Source: Pedobacter sp.
GTDB taxonomy: Bacteria; Desulfobacterota; Desulfuromonadia; Desulfuromonadales; Syntrophotaleaceae
Length of the DNA: 64,000 nucleotides
Assembly: GCA_050253415.1 (NCBI GenBank)
Contig: JBFWJC010000002.1
Coordinates: 224,001-288,000, forward strand
Direction of reading: 5' to 3'
Under the pieces are notes generated by a model. That model searched no databases, was not told the origin of the DNA, and saw nothing but the letters and a program-made list of their open reading frames with translations. Made by a program: the position numbers and the translations under genes. The first letter of the stretch is position 1. Each line of letters opens with the position of its first letter. Positions 31,397 through 40,735 of the stretch are shown here, in pieces.

Positions 31397-31913
31397 CCGC
31401 GGGGTCGCGCCCCCGCCCGGCGCCGTACTTTTTGTCCAAGCCAACAAAAAGTAAGCAAAAAATGGCTTCCCCTGCGGGGGGCGATGTGGTCGCGAAGAGT
31501 GGAGGATTCCACCACGGCGGCGCCAATCGGTCATGCCGCTGGTTTTTTGGAGCTGTCCCTCATGCGTGAGGGATTGCTGGAGATGACCGATGTTCCTCTT
31601 GCACGGTGGGCGTCAAGGTGCTGTTGGGTAAAAACCTCAAGCAATATCAATAGCAAAAATCCATAGTAATACCGGGTTTCGGTGTGCCCTTACTCGCAGC
31701 GACGGTGTTGAAAAGATCCTCCTTCCTGCGGCGGCGAACCGCCTCCGGTGGCAATTGGAGCGCCCGAAGATACGTCGTTCCACATTCGCAGCAACGTCAC
31801 GCAAAGCCATTTCCTCCTCGCGCCAGTGTGTAGGCGCACGCCAGGCCATTTCTTTGGATACTTTCTTTGGGGCCTTGCAAAGAAAGTATCCCGGCTGCTG
31901 GCCGGGACCGGCG
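31397..31913. repeat. ~520-bp non-coding element with ~70-bp imperfect terminal inverted repeats (MITE/REP-like)
   Basis: TACTTTTTG..CAAAAAGTAAGCAAAAAATGGC versus GCCATTTCTTTGGATACTTTCTTTG..CAAAGAAAGTA; each arm has an internal hairpin. Confidence 0.65.
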
Positions 31914-32020
31914 AACTTGAAGTTAAGATGATAATGTTTTGTTGGTACTCGAGGTAAACCTTTTATGCTCAATGTCGTCTGAACTCACAAATAGCCGATG
32001 TGCATATAAGCTGCCGCCGA

Positions 32021-32036
32021 TGGCATGGATCATGCT
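32021..32036 (+). promoter_or_regulatory. Sigma54 promoter candidate
   Basis: TGGCAT-GGATC-ATGCT, 50 bp before the start codon. Confidence 0.6.
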
Positions 32037-32086
32037 TTTTACAAAGGGTTGTTTATTCTCTCTGCATTGCTTAAGGAGTATCAGAC

Positions 32087-32560
32087 ATGAAGCGAATTCT
32101 TCTTCTCTTGCTGGCCGCCGCGCTGATGGGCGCACCCTCTGTTCAGGCCTCCGATGTCGATTTCGGTATCGACTTGCACATCGGCAGTCACTCCAATGCA
32201 CCGATCGTTGTACACGAACGACCGATGTTTCTAGCTCCGGCAGAGCTCGGTTTTCATGTCGCCGTGGGAGTGCCCTACGACATGTTCTTTGTCAGTGGCG
32301 CCTATTATGTTTGCAGGGATAATCACTGGTACCGTGGCCCGAGCTACAATGGCCCCTGGCAGGGTGTCGGTCCCAAGCATCTGCCGCCCGGACTGGCCAA
32401 AAAACGCTACCGCGAAATCATCAGCGCGAGGGATGCTGAGTATTCCCGCTACAAAAAAGACAAGCGGCATTACAAGGGCAAGCCCTATTATCCCGAGGAA
32501 GACCGCGGTCGGGATTACGACGATCACGGGCATGGCAACGGCAAGAAAAACAAGCACTAA
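32087..32560 (+). CDS. Secreted hypothetical protein (PPGLAKK motif, basic/His-rich tail)
   Basis: AAGGAG RBS, signal peptide, WYRGPSYNGPW, LPPGLAKK. Confidence 0.8.
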   Translation: MKRILLLLLAAALMGAPSVQASDVDFGIDLHIGSHSNAPIVVHERPMFLAPAELGFHVAVGVPYDMFFVSGAYYVCRDNHWYRGPSYNGPWQGVGPKHLPPGLAKKRYREIISARDAEYSRYKKDKRHYKGKPYYPEEDRGRDYDDHGHGNGKKNKH

Positions 32561-32571
32561 AGTTGATACAC

Positions 32572-32605
32572 AAACGGGGAAGGGCGGCAACGCTCTTCCC
32601 CGTTT
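32572..32605. terminator. Bidirectional terminator
   Basis: AAACGGGGAAGGGCG..CGCTCTTCCCCGTTT between convergent genes. Confidence 0.7.
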
Positions 32606-32660
32606 ATTATTGTGCCTGCCGCAGGATTCTAAAGGCTTCGTCAGAGTTTCTTTTTACAGA

Positions 32661-33044
32661 TCACTCCCCACATTTTTCCTTCTTGGCGAAGGTCTTCATC
32701 TTTTTCAAAAGACTGATGCCGTGCTCGCAGGCCGCGAAAGCATCGGCACTGTTGGGTGACGATACCGCAATCAGGGAGATAATCTCACCGGTCTTCAGGC
32801 ACCCCAAGCGCCGGATAAGCAATGCATCTTCTATGATCCAGCGGCTTTTGAGATGTTCGATAATTCCGGCCATCTCACCTTCCATGTCGCCATTGCGGCA
32901 ATACTCCACCCCTTTGGTTCCGGCCTCGTTATAAGGCGTTTCCTTAACCACGGCATAGTGCAGCAACACCGAACCGGCGGTGTTTTTGGTGAGCTTTTCG
33001 TACATTTCCTCGGGGCGAATCGGTTCCGTGACGACATAGACCAT
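32661..33044 (-). CDS. MoaE-like protein (molybdopterin synthase large subunit family, atypical)
   Basis: RRLGCLKTGEIISLIAVSS...AF.AC...I..LK...KKE; AAGGAG RBS. Confidence 0.75.
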   Translation of the reverse strand: MVYVVTEPIRPEEMYEKLTKNTAGSVLLHYAVVKETPYNEAGTKGVEYCRNGDMEGEMAGIIEHLKSRWIIEDALLIRRLGCLKTGEIISLIAVSSPNSADAFAACEHGISLLKKMKTFAKKEKCGE

Positions 33045-33211
33045 GAGATCTGTCTCCTTTTGGGAAAATATTGAATAGCAGAAGGGCAGAATAATCTATT
33101 TTTCGTTATAACACCATGGGGATGACGAAGGGCTGCCCCGATCCGGTTGGTCGTAACCGTTGACTTGCCTTTAGGGTGGATCTATGTTGGAGAGAAGGTT
33201 TTAATTCTGTC

Positions 33212-33366
33212 TCACGCGAAGCCGCGAAGAACGCGAAGAAAGGCTATGCATAACCTGAAAGAATTGCCGATGACGCCTCTTGGTTATTGCCGCCATAAAC
33301 AGCTTGCTCCAGAACTGTTGAATTTGTTTTTGAATTAAAACTTCGCGCCTTCGCGTCTTCGCGTGA
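33212..33366. repeat. Hairpin element (CGCGAAG)x3...(CTTCGCG)x3
   Basis: TCACGCGAAGCCGCGAAGAACGCGAAG is the inverted counterpart of CTTCGCGCCTTCGCGTCTTCGCGTGA. Confidence 0.8.
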
Positions 33367-33430
33367 ACCAAGGTTGTGAATGGATTGAACAAGGGGGACT
33401 ATGCCCCATTTTATAGGGGAGATACCGCCA

Positions 33431-34216
33431 ATGCTAAAAATCCAAACAGTTGAACCGGCGCGTTGCGCCGAGTTGATCCGTCAGGCGCGCTCCGTGGTTG
33501 CACTTACCGGTGCAGGGATTTCCACGGCGGCAGGTATTCCCGATTTCCGGGGGCCGCAGGGTTTATACGTGACCCGGCGTTACGATCCCGAAAAGGTGTT
33601 CGATATCGGCTGGTTTCAATGTCACCCGCAGTATTTTTACGAATTCTCGCAGGATTTTGTCAGCACGGTCAAGGAGATCCAACCGACCTTTACCCATCGG
33701 TTTCTGGCTTCGTTGGAGAAGGTCGGGCGCCTGGCCGGGGTGATTACCCAGAATATCGACATCCTGCACCAATTGGCCGGCAGCCAAAAGGTTATCGAGC
33801 TGCACGGCTCCTACCGTTCAGGAACTTGTACCGTTTGCGGTAAACGGGATGAAGACCTCACTTATGCCTGGTGGGAGCAGGTCATGGCCACCAGCCCCAC
33901 GCCTCCGGTAGCGCTGTGTCCTGACTGCAATGGGGTACTCAAGCCAGACATCGTGTTTTTCGGCGAGATGGTCGACCATTTTGAGTCGGCGGAGCGGCTG
34001 GTAGGGCAGAGCGACCTGCTGCTGGTGCTCGGCTCCTCCCTCAAGGTCACTCCGGCATCGTTCCTTCCCTATCAGACCCAAGCGCCAACCGTGGTTGTCA
34101 ACCGTGGGAAGGTTGGCCTGCCGCCGACCTCCAACCGCTACTTCGTCGACGGCGATCTCGACGACTATTTCCGTCAGGTGGCGCACTGTCTGGGGCAGGG
34201 GGTAGAAGAAAAGTAG
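33431..34216 (+). CDS. cobB: NAD-dependent protein deacylase (sirtuin)
   Basis: TGAGISTAAGIPDFRG, TQNID, ELHGS, CxxC...CxxC, KPDIVFFGE, GSSL. Confidence 0.93.
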   Translation: MLKIQTVEPARCAELIRQARSVVALTGAGISTAAGIPDFRGPQGLYVTRRYDPEKVFDIGWFQCHPQYFYEFSQDFVSTVKEIQPTFTHRFLASLEKVGRLAGVITQNIDILHQLAGSQKVIELHGSYRSGTCTVCGKRDEDLTYAWWEQVMATSPTPPVALCPDCNGVLKPDIVFFGEMVDHFESAERLVGQSDLLLVLGSSLKVTPASFLPYQTQAPTVVVNRGKVGLPPTSNRYFVDGDLDDYFRQVAHCLGQGVEEK

Positions 34217-34249
34217 CTTGTCGATCCTTTGCCTTGCGGATTTATACCC

Positions 34250-34410
34250 TTGACGGAAACCTCACCAGGTAGTAGCGTAGAACATTGTTATGAAAATAAT
34301 TTTTTGTTTTCAAGATTCCATTCAGGTGGGGTAATGAATCGACAGCATGGCAGAAACAAGCGGTGCAACCACTCGGTGCTTTAACGGCGCGGGTGGTTTT
34401 TGTTTTTTTG
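34250..34410 (+). promoter_or_regulatory. Sigma70 promoter + short leader ORF + terminator hairpin (attenuator-like leader 1)
   Basis: TTGACG-17-TAGCGT; ATG at 34290 (MKIIFCFQDSIQVG*); ACCACTCG...CGGGTGGT followed by a T-run. Confidence 0.55.
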
Positions 34411-34550
34411 GTACTCCCCATGCGCGTAAATTCAACAACCCGGCTATCCGTATTTGGCCGGGGCGATGCCTGTGTTTGGGTTGTAGATCCGAAAAGGTCC
34501 GGTTGCTCGGCGGGCACTAAACGTACGGGCAAGCAGGAAAGGTTAGTAGA

Positions 34551-37500
34551 ATGACACTGGTTCTCGAAGGAAGCGGGCACGATCAGGAGGCGCTGCAGCA
34601 GCTGCTGCAGGATCACGGGTACAGGGTTTCGCTGAGATGCGGCGATATCCCGGATGCGGCGGCCTTGCCCGAAACAGCCGAGGAGGATCTGCCGCTGGCC
34701 TTTATGCAACATTTCATCGACGGCGTCCTCATCGTGGATGTCGAAACCGTGGGGGTCAAATACGCCAATAACGCGTTTGCCGAAATGCTTGGCTACAGCC
34801 TGGAAGAAGTGCACCGGCAGAAGGTCTGGGACTGGGATGCCGTCTGGTCGCGGGAAGAAATCGAACGGATGTACGCGACACGAAACTGGATTGGGGAGCG
34901 TTTCGAGACCCGTCTTCGGCGCAAGGACGGCCAGCTGCTGGATGTGGACGTCAGCCATAAGCCGATCTCCTGGAGGGGCATGGAGGTTATCTTATGCGTG
35001 ATCAAGGATATCAGTGAACGCAAGAAAACCGAGCGCGTGCTGCATCTTACGCAATTCACCGTGGAAAAAGCCGATGTTCAGGCCCATTGGATGACTCCCG
35101 AAGGACGGTTTTTCTACGTCAACGAGGCGGCGTGCACCGCCCTGGGTTACAGCCGTGAAGAACTTGTAGGCATGCCGGTATGGGAAATTGATCCGAATAT
35201 TACCCGGGAAAACGCCATTGACTATTGGTGGCAACTGAAAGAAAAGGGTTCGATGCATTTTGAAAGCCTGCACCGGGCCAAAGATGGGCGCATCTACCCG
35301 GTGGAGGTTCGTGGCAATTACATCAATTTTGACGGTAAGGAATACAGTTGTGTTTTTGTCACGGATCTCAGCGCATGCAAGCAGGCGGAACAGCAATTGC
35401 GCCAGGCCAGCCTGGTGCTGGAAAACAGTCCTGCGGTCGTGTTTCGCTGGGGGGGGGCTGATGACTGGCCGGTGGAGATGGTTTCCCGAAACGTTACACA
35501 GTTCGGCTATACCCCGGAAGAACTTTTGTCCGGGGCCGTTCCTTTTGCTCAACTGGTTCATCCAGAGGACTTCGGTCGGATTACCGCCGAGGTGACAGAG
35601 CATGTCAGCCAGGGAAGAGACCGTTTCCAGCTGGAATACCGGGTTGTCACCAACAGGGGGGATATTCGCTGGGTTGACGACCGTACCGTTGTGGAGCGGG
35701 ATGACCAAGGGAGGGTAACCCACTATCAGGGCATCATCCTGGATATCACCGACCGCAAGCGGACCGAGCTCGTCATGGCGGCGCGCATGCGCCTGCTCCA
35801 GTTCGCTATTTCGCACACCCTGGCCGAACAGCTCGAAGCAACCCTGGACGAGGCGGAAAAGCTGACCGATAGCCAGATCGGCTTCTTTGTTTTTCTCGAT
35901 GCCGATCAGAAAACCCTCTCTCTGCAGAATTGGTCGACCCGAACCAAGCGGGAATTCTGTACGGCCCAAGGGAAGGGGTTGCACTATCCGGTGTCGCAGG
36001 CCGGGGTATGGGCCGACTGTCTTCACCAGCGTCGGCCAGTCATTCACAACGACTACGCCTCGCTCCCCCACCGCAAAGGCCTGCCGCCGGGGCATTCTCC
36101 GCTGATAAGGGAGCTGGTGGTGCCGGTTTTCCGCGGCGAGAACATCGTGGCCATCGTCGCGGTGGGCAACAAACCGCAGGACTACACCCAGCAGGACGTG
36201 GAAGCGGTTTCTCTTCTGGCCGATCTCGCCTGGGAGATCGCCGAGCGCAAGCATGCCGAAGAAGCGCTCCGCAAGTCGGAGTGCAAGTATCGATCGATTG
36301 TCGAACATGCCCCCTTCGGCATCACCCGCTCTACCCGGGAGGGCAAGCTGCTCAGCGTCAATCCGGCGCTCGCTTCTATCCTTAAGTTCGATTCGGAGCA
36401 GGAGTTGATGGAGACCGTCAACCTCTCCAGCATTCAGGATGAGTTTTTCCCAAAACCTGACGAGCGGGCTTCCCTGGTGGAAAAAATCCTCGCGCAGGAT
36501 TCCTGGTATGTTTTCAACAATCGTTTGCGCTGCAAGGACGGCAGTACGGTCACCTGCCGGGTCCATTCCCGGCGGATAGCGGATGAAAACGGTCAGGCCA
36601 GCGAATTCGAAAGTTTTCAGGAGAACATCACCGAACAGCTGGCAGCGGAGCAGGCTCTGCGGGAGAGCGAGGAGAAGTTCCGTGTGTTGGCGGAGACCTC
36701 GCCGGTGGCGATCTGCCTCTACCAGGAGGATCGACATATCTATGCCAATCCCGCCATGGAGCGGCTGTTCGGTTTCGACACCGACGAGTTCTGCCACATG
36801 AAAATCTGGGACATGGTCCATGGGGATTACAAGGACCTGGTTCGGGAACGGGGGCTTGCCCGCCTGGCGGGACAAAGCGTGCCCAGTCAATATGAATTCA
36901 AGTACTTGACCAAGGCCGGCGAGGAGCGCCATGTGCTGATTTCGGCCGGGACGATGGAATATCAGGGGCGCTCTACCGGGGTGGCGTCGTTTCTCGATAT
37001 CACAGAGCGCAAACGAACCGAGGAGCTGATTAGGGACTCGCTGGCGGAGAAGGAAGTGCTGCTCAAGGAGATTCACCATCGGGTGAAGAACAACCTGCAA
37101 GTGGTGTCGAGCCTGCTGTTCCTGCAGTCGCAGAAGTTCAACGATCCGGAGTTGCAGACCTGCTTCCTCGAAAGCCAGAGCCGCATCTGCTCCATGGCCC
37201 TGGCCCACGAGCAGCTTTATCAGTCGAAGAATCTGGCCGAAATCAGTATCAAGAGCTATGTGGAAAATCTGGTCGGTCAGCTGCAAGAGATCTTTCCTTC
37301 CCCAGACCAGGCGATCGACTGCCAGTTGACGGTGGAGGATCTTGAGCTCGATATCGCCAAAGTGGTTCCCTGCGGCCTGCTGATCACCGAGCTGCTGTCC
37401 AACGCTTACAAGCACGCCTTTGTAGATGGCCGCAGCGGGCAGGTAACGATTTCGATGAAGAACAGCGCCGGACAGATCGATCTGGCGGTGGCCGATAACG

Positions 37501-37646
37501 GGGTGGGGTGTCCAGCGGGATTCGATTATCGTCGGGCAAAAACCCTCGGCCTGCAGCTGGTGACGGCGCTGACCAACCAGCTCAATGGCACCCTGGAATT
37601 GGAGCGAGACAGCGGCACCCGCTTTCGGGTGTGCTTCGCTGGATAG
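34551..37646 (+). CDS. Multi-PAS/GAF sensor histidine kinase (HisKA_2/HWE-type)
   Basis: PAS repeats, GAF (GNKPQDY), EIHHRVKNNLQ, ELLSNAYKHAF, DNGVG, LGLQLV. Confidence 0.93.
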   Translation: MTLVLEGSGHDQEALQQLLQDHGYRVSLRCGDIPDAAALPETAEEDLPLAFMQHFIDGVLIVDVETVGVKYANNAFAEMLGYSLEEVHRQKVWDWDAVWSREEIERMYATRNWIGERFETRLRRKDGQLLDVDVSHKPISWRGMEVILCVIKDISERKKTERVLHLTQFTVEKADVQAHWMTPEGRFFYVNEAACTALGYSREELVGMPVWEIDPNITRENAIDYWWQLKEKGSMHFESLHRAKDGRIYPVEVRGNYINFDGKEYSCVFVTDLSACKQAEQQLRQASLVLENSPAVVFRWGGADDWPVEMVSRNVTQFGYTPEELLSGAVPFAQLVHPEDFGRITAEVTEHVSQGRDRFQLEYRVVTNRGDIRWVDDRTVVERDDQGRVTHYQGIILDITDRKRTELVMAARMRLLQFAISHTLAEQLEATLDEAEKLTDSQIGFFVFLDADQKTLSLQNWSTRTKREFCTAQGKGLHYPVSQAGVWADCLHQRRPVIHNDYASLPHRKGLPPGHSPLIRELVVPVFRGENIVAIVAVGNKPQDYTQQDVEAVSLLADLAWEIAERKHAEEALRKSECKYRSIVEHAPFGITRSTREGKLLSVNPALASILKFDSEQELMETVNLSSIQDEFFPKPDERASLVEKILAQDSWYVFNNRLRCKDGSTVTCRVHSRRIADENGQASEFESFQENITEQLAAEQALRESEEKFRVLAETSPVAICLYQEDRHIYANPAMERLFGFDTDEFCHMKIWDMVHGDYKDLVRERGLARLAGQSVPSQYEFKYLTKAGEERHVLISAGTMEYQGRSTGVASFLDITERKRTEELIRDSLAEKEVLLKEIHHRVKNNLQVVSSLLFLQSQKFNDPELQTCFLESQSRICSMALAHEQLYQSKNLAEISIKSYVENLVGQLQEIFPSPDQAIDCQLTVEDLELDIAKVVPCGLLITELLSNAYKHAFVDGRSGQVTISMKNSAGQIDLAVADNGVGCPAGFDYRRAKTLGLQLVTALTNQLNGTLELERDSGTRFRVCFAG

Positions 37647-37869
37647 ACGGTGGGTGGGCCGATGTATTAATCAAAAAAGAAAAGACGTCGAAGCTTTACG
37701 CCTTCAAGCACTCCTGGCGTTTTATTCGCTGGGGGTGAACTTCCGTGCCCTCGTTCTTCCTCCTCACATCCTGCCGCAAGGGCGCAAGGGACCAAGGTTG
37801 AATGTTTAGAACCCTGAACCACTGACAAATGACCAGTCACCAGTCACTGCCCTTATATCATTAGAAATC

Positions 37870-38030
37870 TTGACGAAATGGAGCTCTGACGTTAGTTTAG
37901 TGCGCGCTTATGAAATTGTATTACCTCGGGTATTTCTGATGTTCAGAGGATGGGGTGATTGTGCGAGGACTAAACGATTAACTTTAAAAGACCGCTCGAT
38001 GCCTGTGAGGCGTGGGTGGTCTTTTTGTTT
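37870..38030 (+). promoter_or_regulatory. Sigma70 promoter + short leader ORF + terminator hairpin (attenuator-like leader 2)
   Basis: TTGACG-17-TAGTTT; ATG at 37910 (MKLYYLGYF*); GACCGCTCG...GGGTGGTC followed by a T-run. Confidence 0.55.
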
Positions 38031-38041
38031 ATGGGGAAGAC

Positions 38042-38812
38042 ATGAGTTATCTACTTGTTTTAGGGGTTATATTCGTAGCCTTTGCGTTTATGGCGGCGCG
38101 CTTGAAGAAGCACTCTGCAAGTTCGTCGGAAGGTGTGCCCTATGAACCCCGGCAGGAATTATTCAGTCCGGCGGAGCGCTCCTTCTTCGGAGTTTTGGAG
38201 CAGGCGGTTGCCGGCCAGTTTCGCGTTATGGGCAAAATCCGCCTGGGGGATCTGATCCAGCCGGCCAAAGGTTTCTCGCACAGTCAACGCACCGGCGCCT
38301 GGAACCGCATTCACCAGAAACACGTCGACTTTGTCCTCTGTCAAACGGATACCCTGTCCGTAGCGGGGGTGGTGGAGCTGGACGATGCCTCCCATCAGCG
38401 TAAGGATCGAAGCGAACGGGATGCGTTTGTCGACAAAGTATTAAGCACCGCCGGTATTCCCATCGTGCATTTTACGGCACGCAAGGGCTATTCGATGCAG
38501 GAGGTTACGGCAAAGTTGAATGAGGTGCTTTCTCTACGTTTGGAGGCATGCGAACCGTTGGTTTTGTCGGTTGTCGCTCAAGAGGAGCAGGCATTGGTGG
38601 AAGAAGTTGCAGAGGCGGTGGTTGAGATTGTCGCTGAAAAGGAGTCTATTGAAATATCGCTTGATCAAGCAATGGAGCAGGGAGTTCCAATGTGTCCTGC
38701 CTGTAGTTCACCAATGCTTAAACGGCAGGCCAAAAAAGGGCCGAATGCCGGAAAATATTTTTGGGCGTGTTCGGCATTTCCGAAGTGTCGGAAGATTCAA
38801 GTTCTTGGGTAA
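38042..38812 (+). CDS. Membrane-anchored DUF2726 protein with C-terminal topoisomerase-type C4 zinc ribbon
   Basis: N-terminal TM, SPAERSF, KHVDFVLC, VELDDASH, CPACSSPM...FWACSAFPKC. Confidence 0.88.
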   Translation: MSYLLVLGVIFVAFAFMAARLKKHSASSSEGVPYEPRQELFSPAERSFFGVLEQAVAGQFRVMGKIRLGDLIQPAKGFSHSQRTGAWNRIHQKHVDFVLCQTDTLSVAGVVELDDASHQRKDRSERDAFVDKVLSTAGIPIVHFTARKGYSMQEVTAKLNEVLSLRLEACEPLVLSVVAQEEQALVEEVAEAVVEIVAEKESIEISLDQAMEQGVPMCPACSSPMLKRQAKKGPNAGKYFWACSAFPKCRKIQVLG

Positions 38813-39025
38813 GCAGGTTTATTTCTGAGATTTGGTTGCGAAATTGGCCTTTTAAAGCACTAAAGCAAGAACGATATATTGTATTTCAATGAGAGGTTAA
38901 AGCCCCGGAAACCCATAATTCACGCAAAATTTGTGATCTGTTCTTTTTTTATATATGCACTGGTCCTACTTTACTTAAGTCTCTATGAACCGACTCAGAA
39001 GAAACTCAAAAAACAGGAGTGGGAA

Positions 39026-39514
39026 ATGAGTGATATGATCAAAAATGTTTTCATAAGCCATCACCATAAAGATGATTCTAGTGTTGATGGTCTTACTGGT
39101 ATGCTTTCTGGCAAGGGATATCTTTTGAGGAATAGCTCTATTAGAGTTAAACCCAACAACCAAGTCCGACTTGATCAAAAAAAAGTTAGCGACCGCACAA
39201 TAGAGCGCCTTCTCAGGATGAAAATGAAGTGGGCTGGTCAATTAATTGTTGTTATTGGCAAAGAGACGCATAAAAGACCATGGGTGGATTGGGAAATTAA
39301 AGTTGCCCATCGACTTGGAAAGCCAATTATTGGTGTTTACGAAAACGGGCTAAAAGACGAGGTAGAAATTCCTGAAAATTTAAAGAATTATGCAACCTCA
39401 ATCGTTGGTTGGAGGTCTGAATCTATAATAAGTGCACTAAATGGTGAGGGTCAATTCCTAAACCCTGATGGGTCACCCTGTCAGAAAAAGGACGGGGGCT
39501 ATGTAACATGTTGA
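39026..39514 (+). CDS. TIR-domain protein (ThsB/MTH538-like)
   Basis: NVFISH, LIVVIGKETHKRPWVDWEI with catalytic Glu, KPIIGV; AGGAG RBS. Confidence 0.88.
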   Translation: MSDMIKNVFISHHHKDDSSVDGLTGMLSGKGYLLRNSSIRVKPNNQVRLDQKKVSDRTIERLLRMKMKWAGQLIVVIGKETHKRPWVDWEIKVAHRLGKPIIGVYENGLKDEVEIPENLKNYATSIVGWRSESIISALNGEGQFLNPDGSPCQKKDGGYVTC

Positions 39515-40170
39515 TTGAACAAGACTCTTATTTGTATGCATATTCAATAACTAGAGACTTTGGCTTTGCGCCAAATCCGTTTCATGGCATCTGTACGCTG
39601 GCTACGTGTAAACCAGGTATCCGTAAAAGTGCTAATGTCGGGGACTGGGTCTTGGGTGTTGGAGGCAGCAAAATGCGGGACGCATCAAGGAAGTGTATAC
39701 TTCTTATGAAAATTACAAAGAAAATAAGCTTCCAAGAATATTGGGAAGATCCCAGTTACTCAATTAAAAAGTCTCTGCGCAACGGCAGTCGGGTTCGAAT
39801 GCTAGGCGACAACATTTACCACAAAGAGAGTAACGCGAATTGGGTTCAAGAAGACTCTCATCATAGTTGTCCGGATGGGACCATAAACCATGTAAATTTG
39901 GCTCGAGATACTAAGTCTGATAACGTTTTAATTTCAAATTATTTCCTGTATTTCGGTGATGCCGCAATCCCGCTTGATTTGCACTCAATTGGATATCATC
40001 GTATACGGGACTTCAAAAAGATCAAACTAACTTTAGGCAACAAGGGTAGAAACTTAATTGAGTCAGTTGTAAATGCACATCGCGGAAAGTTGAATATGGT
40101 AATTTCAGACCCCTGTCAGTTCAAGGATTCCCATAAACGAGTTGACCAAGCTACCGGAAAAATTTCATAG
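39508..40170 (+). CDS. Nmad2 (nucleotide-modification-associated domain 2) protein
   Basis: Y.I.RDFGFAPNPFHGICTLATCKPGIR, GDWV.G, GDNIY, VLIS..F.YFG. Confidence 0.82.
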   Translation: MLIEQDSYLYAYSITRDFGFAPNPFHGICTLATCKPGIRKSANVGDWVLGVGGSKMRDASRKCILLMKITKKISFQEYWEDPSYSIKKSLRNGSRVRMLGDNIYHKESNANWVQEDSHHSCPDGTINHVNLARDTKSDNVLISNYFLYFGDAAIPLDLHSIGYHRIRDFKKIKLTLGNKGRNLIESVVNAHRGKLNMVISDPCQFKDSHKRVDQATGKIS

Positions 40171-40181
40171 GAGGTAAAGAT

Positions 40182-40735
40182 TTGTCAACCGTTCTCAGAA
40201 AATTTTCATTTCACACTTTAAAGATGATGGTGATGAAGTCGAAGCATTTACCAACTACTTCGCCAACACGCATTCCGTCTTTATTCCAAAGGTCTTGGAG
40301 GTGAATGACAATGATGATTTCATAAACAGAGACGACAAAGACTACGTCATGAGTCGCATCCGTGAGAAGTACTTGCAGGACAGCACAGAGACTATCGTCC
40401 TTTTAGGTAGTTGTACCCACAGCAGACGTTATGTTGACTTGGAGGTCAAAAGTTCACTCAGGGTCGGCCATTTCATTCCCAATGGCCTCATGGGGATTGC
40501 TCTTCCAAGTCGAAACAATCTTGCCCATTTGTCGCCAAGGCTTAAGGCTAATTGGAACTCTGACCATCACAACTGCTATTCTAGGTATTTGTCTTATCCA
40601 GGCTCTCCTGTTGAACTTGTAAGTTGGATCGAGGACGCCTATCTTGCGAGGACATCGTGTGCGCATTTGATTGCAAACACAAAAGATATGATGAGAAACA
40701 AAGGTAAGTGTAAAATTTGCGGGGTGACACACTAA
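40182..40735 (+). pseudogene. Second ThsB-like TIR gene with a -1 frameshift near codon 7
   Basis: AGGAGGT RBS + TTG at 40182 reads MSTVLRK; KIFISH...IREKYLQDS..TIVLLG..T.SRRYVDLE continues in the -1 frame from the A-run at 40199-40202. Confidence 0.75.

Noticed and set aside
33431..34216. Sirtuin as the ThsA-like effector of the TIR island
   Set aside because: It is a typical zinc-binding CobB-type deacylase with host-like composition, separated from the island by two unrelated genes.
34992..37415. 807-aa minus-strand ORF (likewise 15786-17306+, 9699-10733-, 10915-11922-, 60637-61794+ and others)
   Set aside because: Antisense shadows of well-supported genes in GC-rich DNA; no motifs.
37795..37850. 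Degenerate heptamer run (CTGAACC/AATGACC/AGTCACC/AGTCACT)
   Set aside because: Too short and degenerate to call; may be a remnant of a heptamer repeat family.
38879..39025. N-terminal TM extension on TIR1 in the ORF track
   Set aside because: TTG start without an RBS in AT-rich promoter-like DNA; ATG at 39026 has an AGGAG RBS right before the TIR fold.
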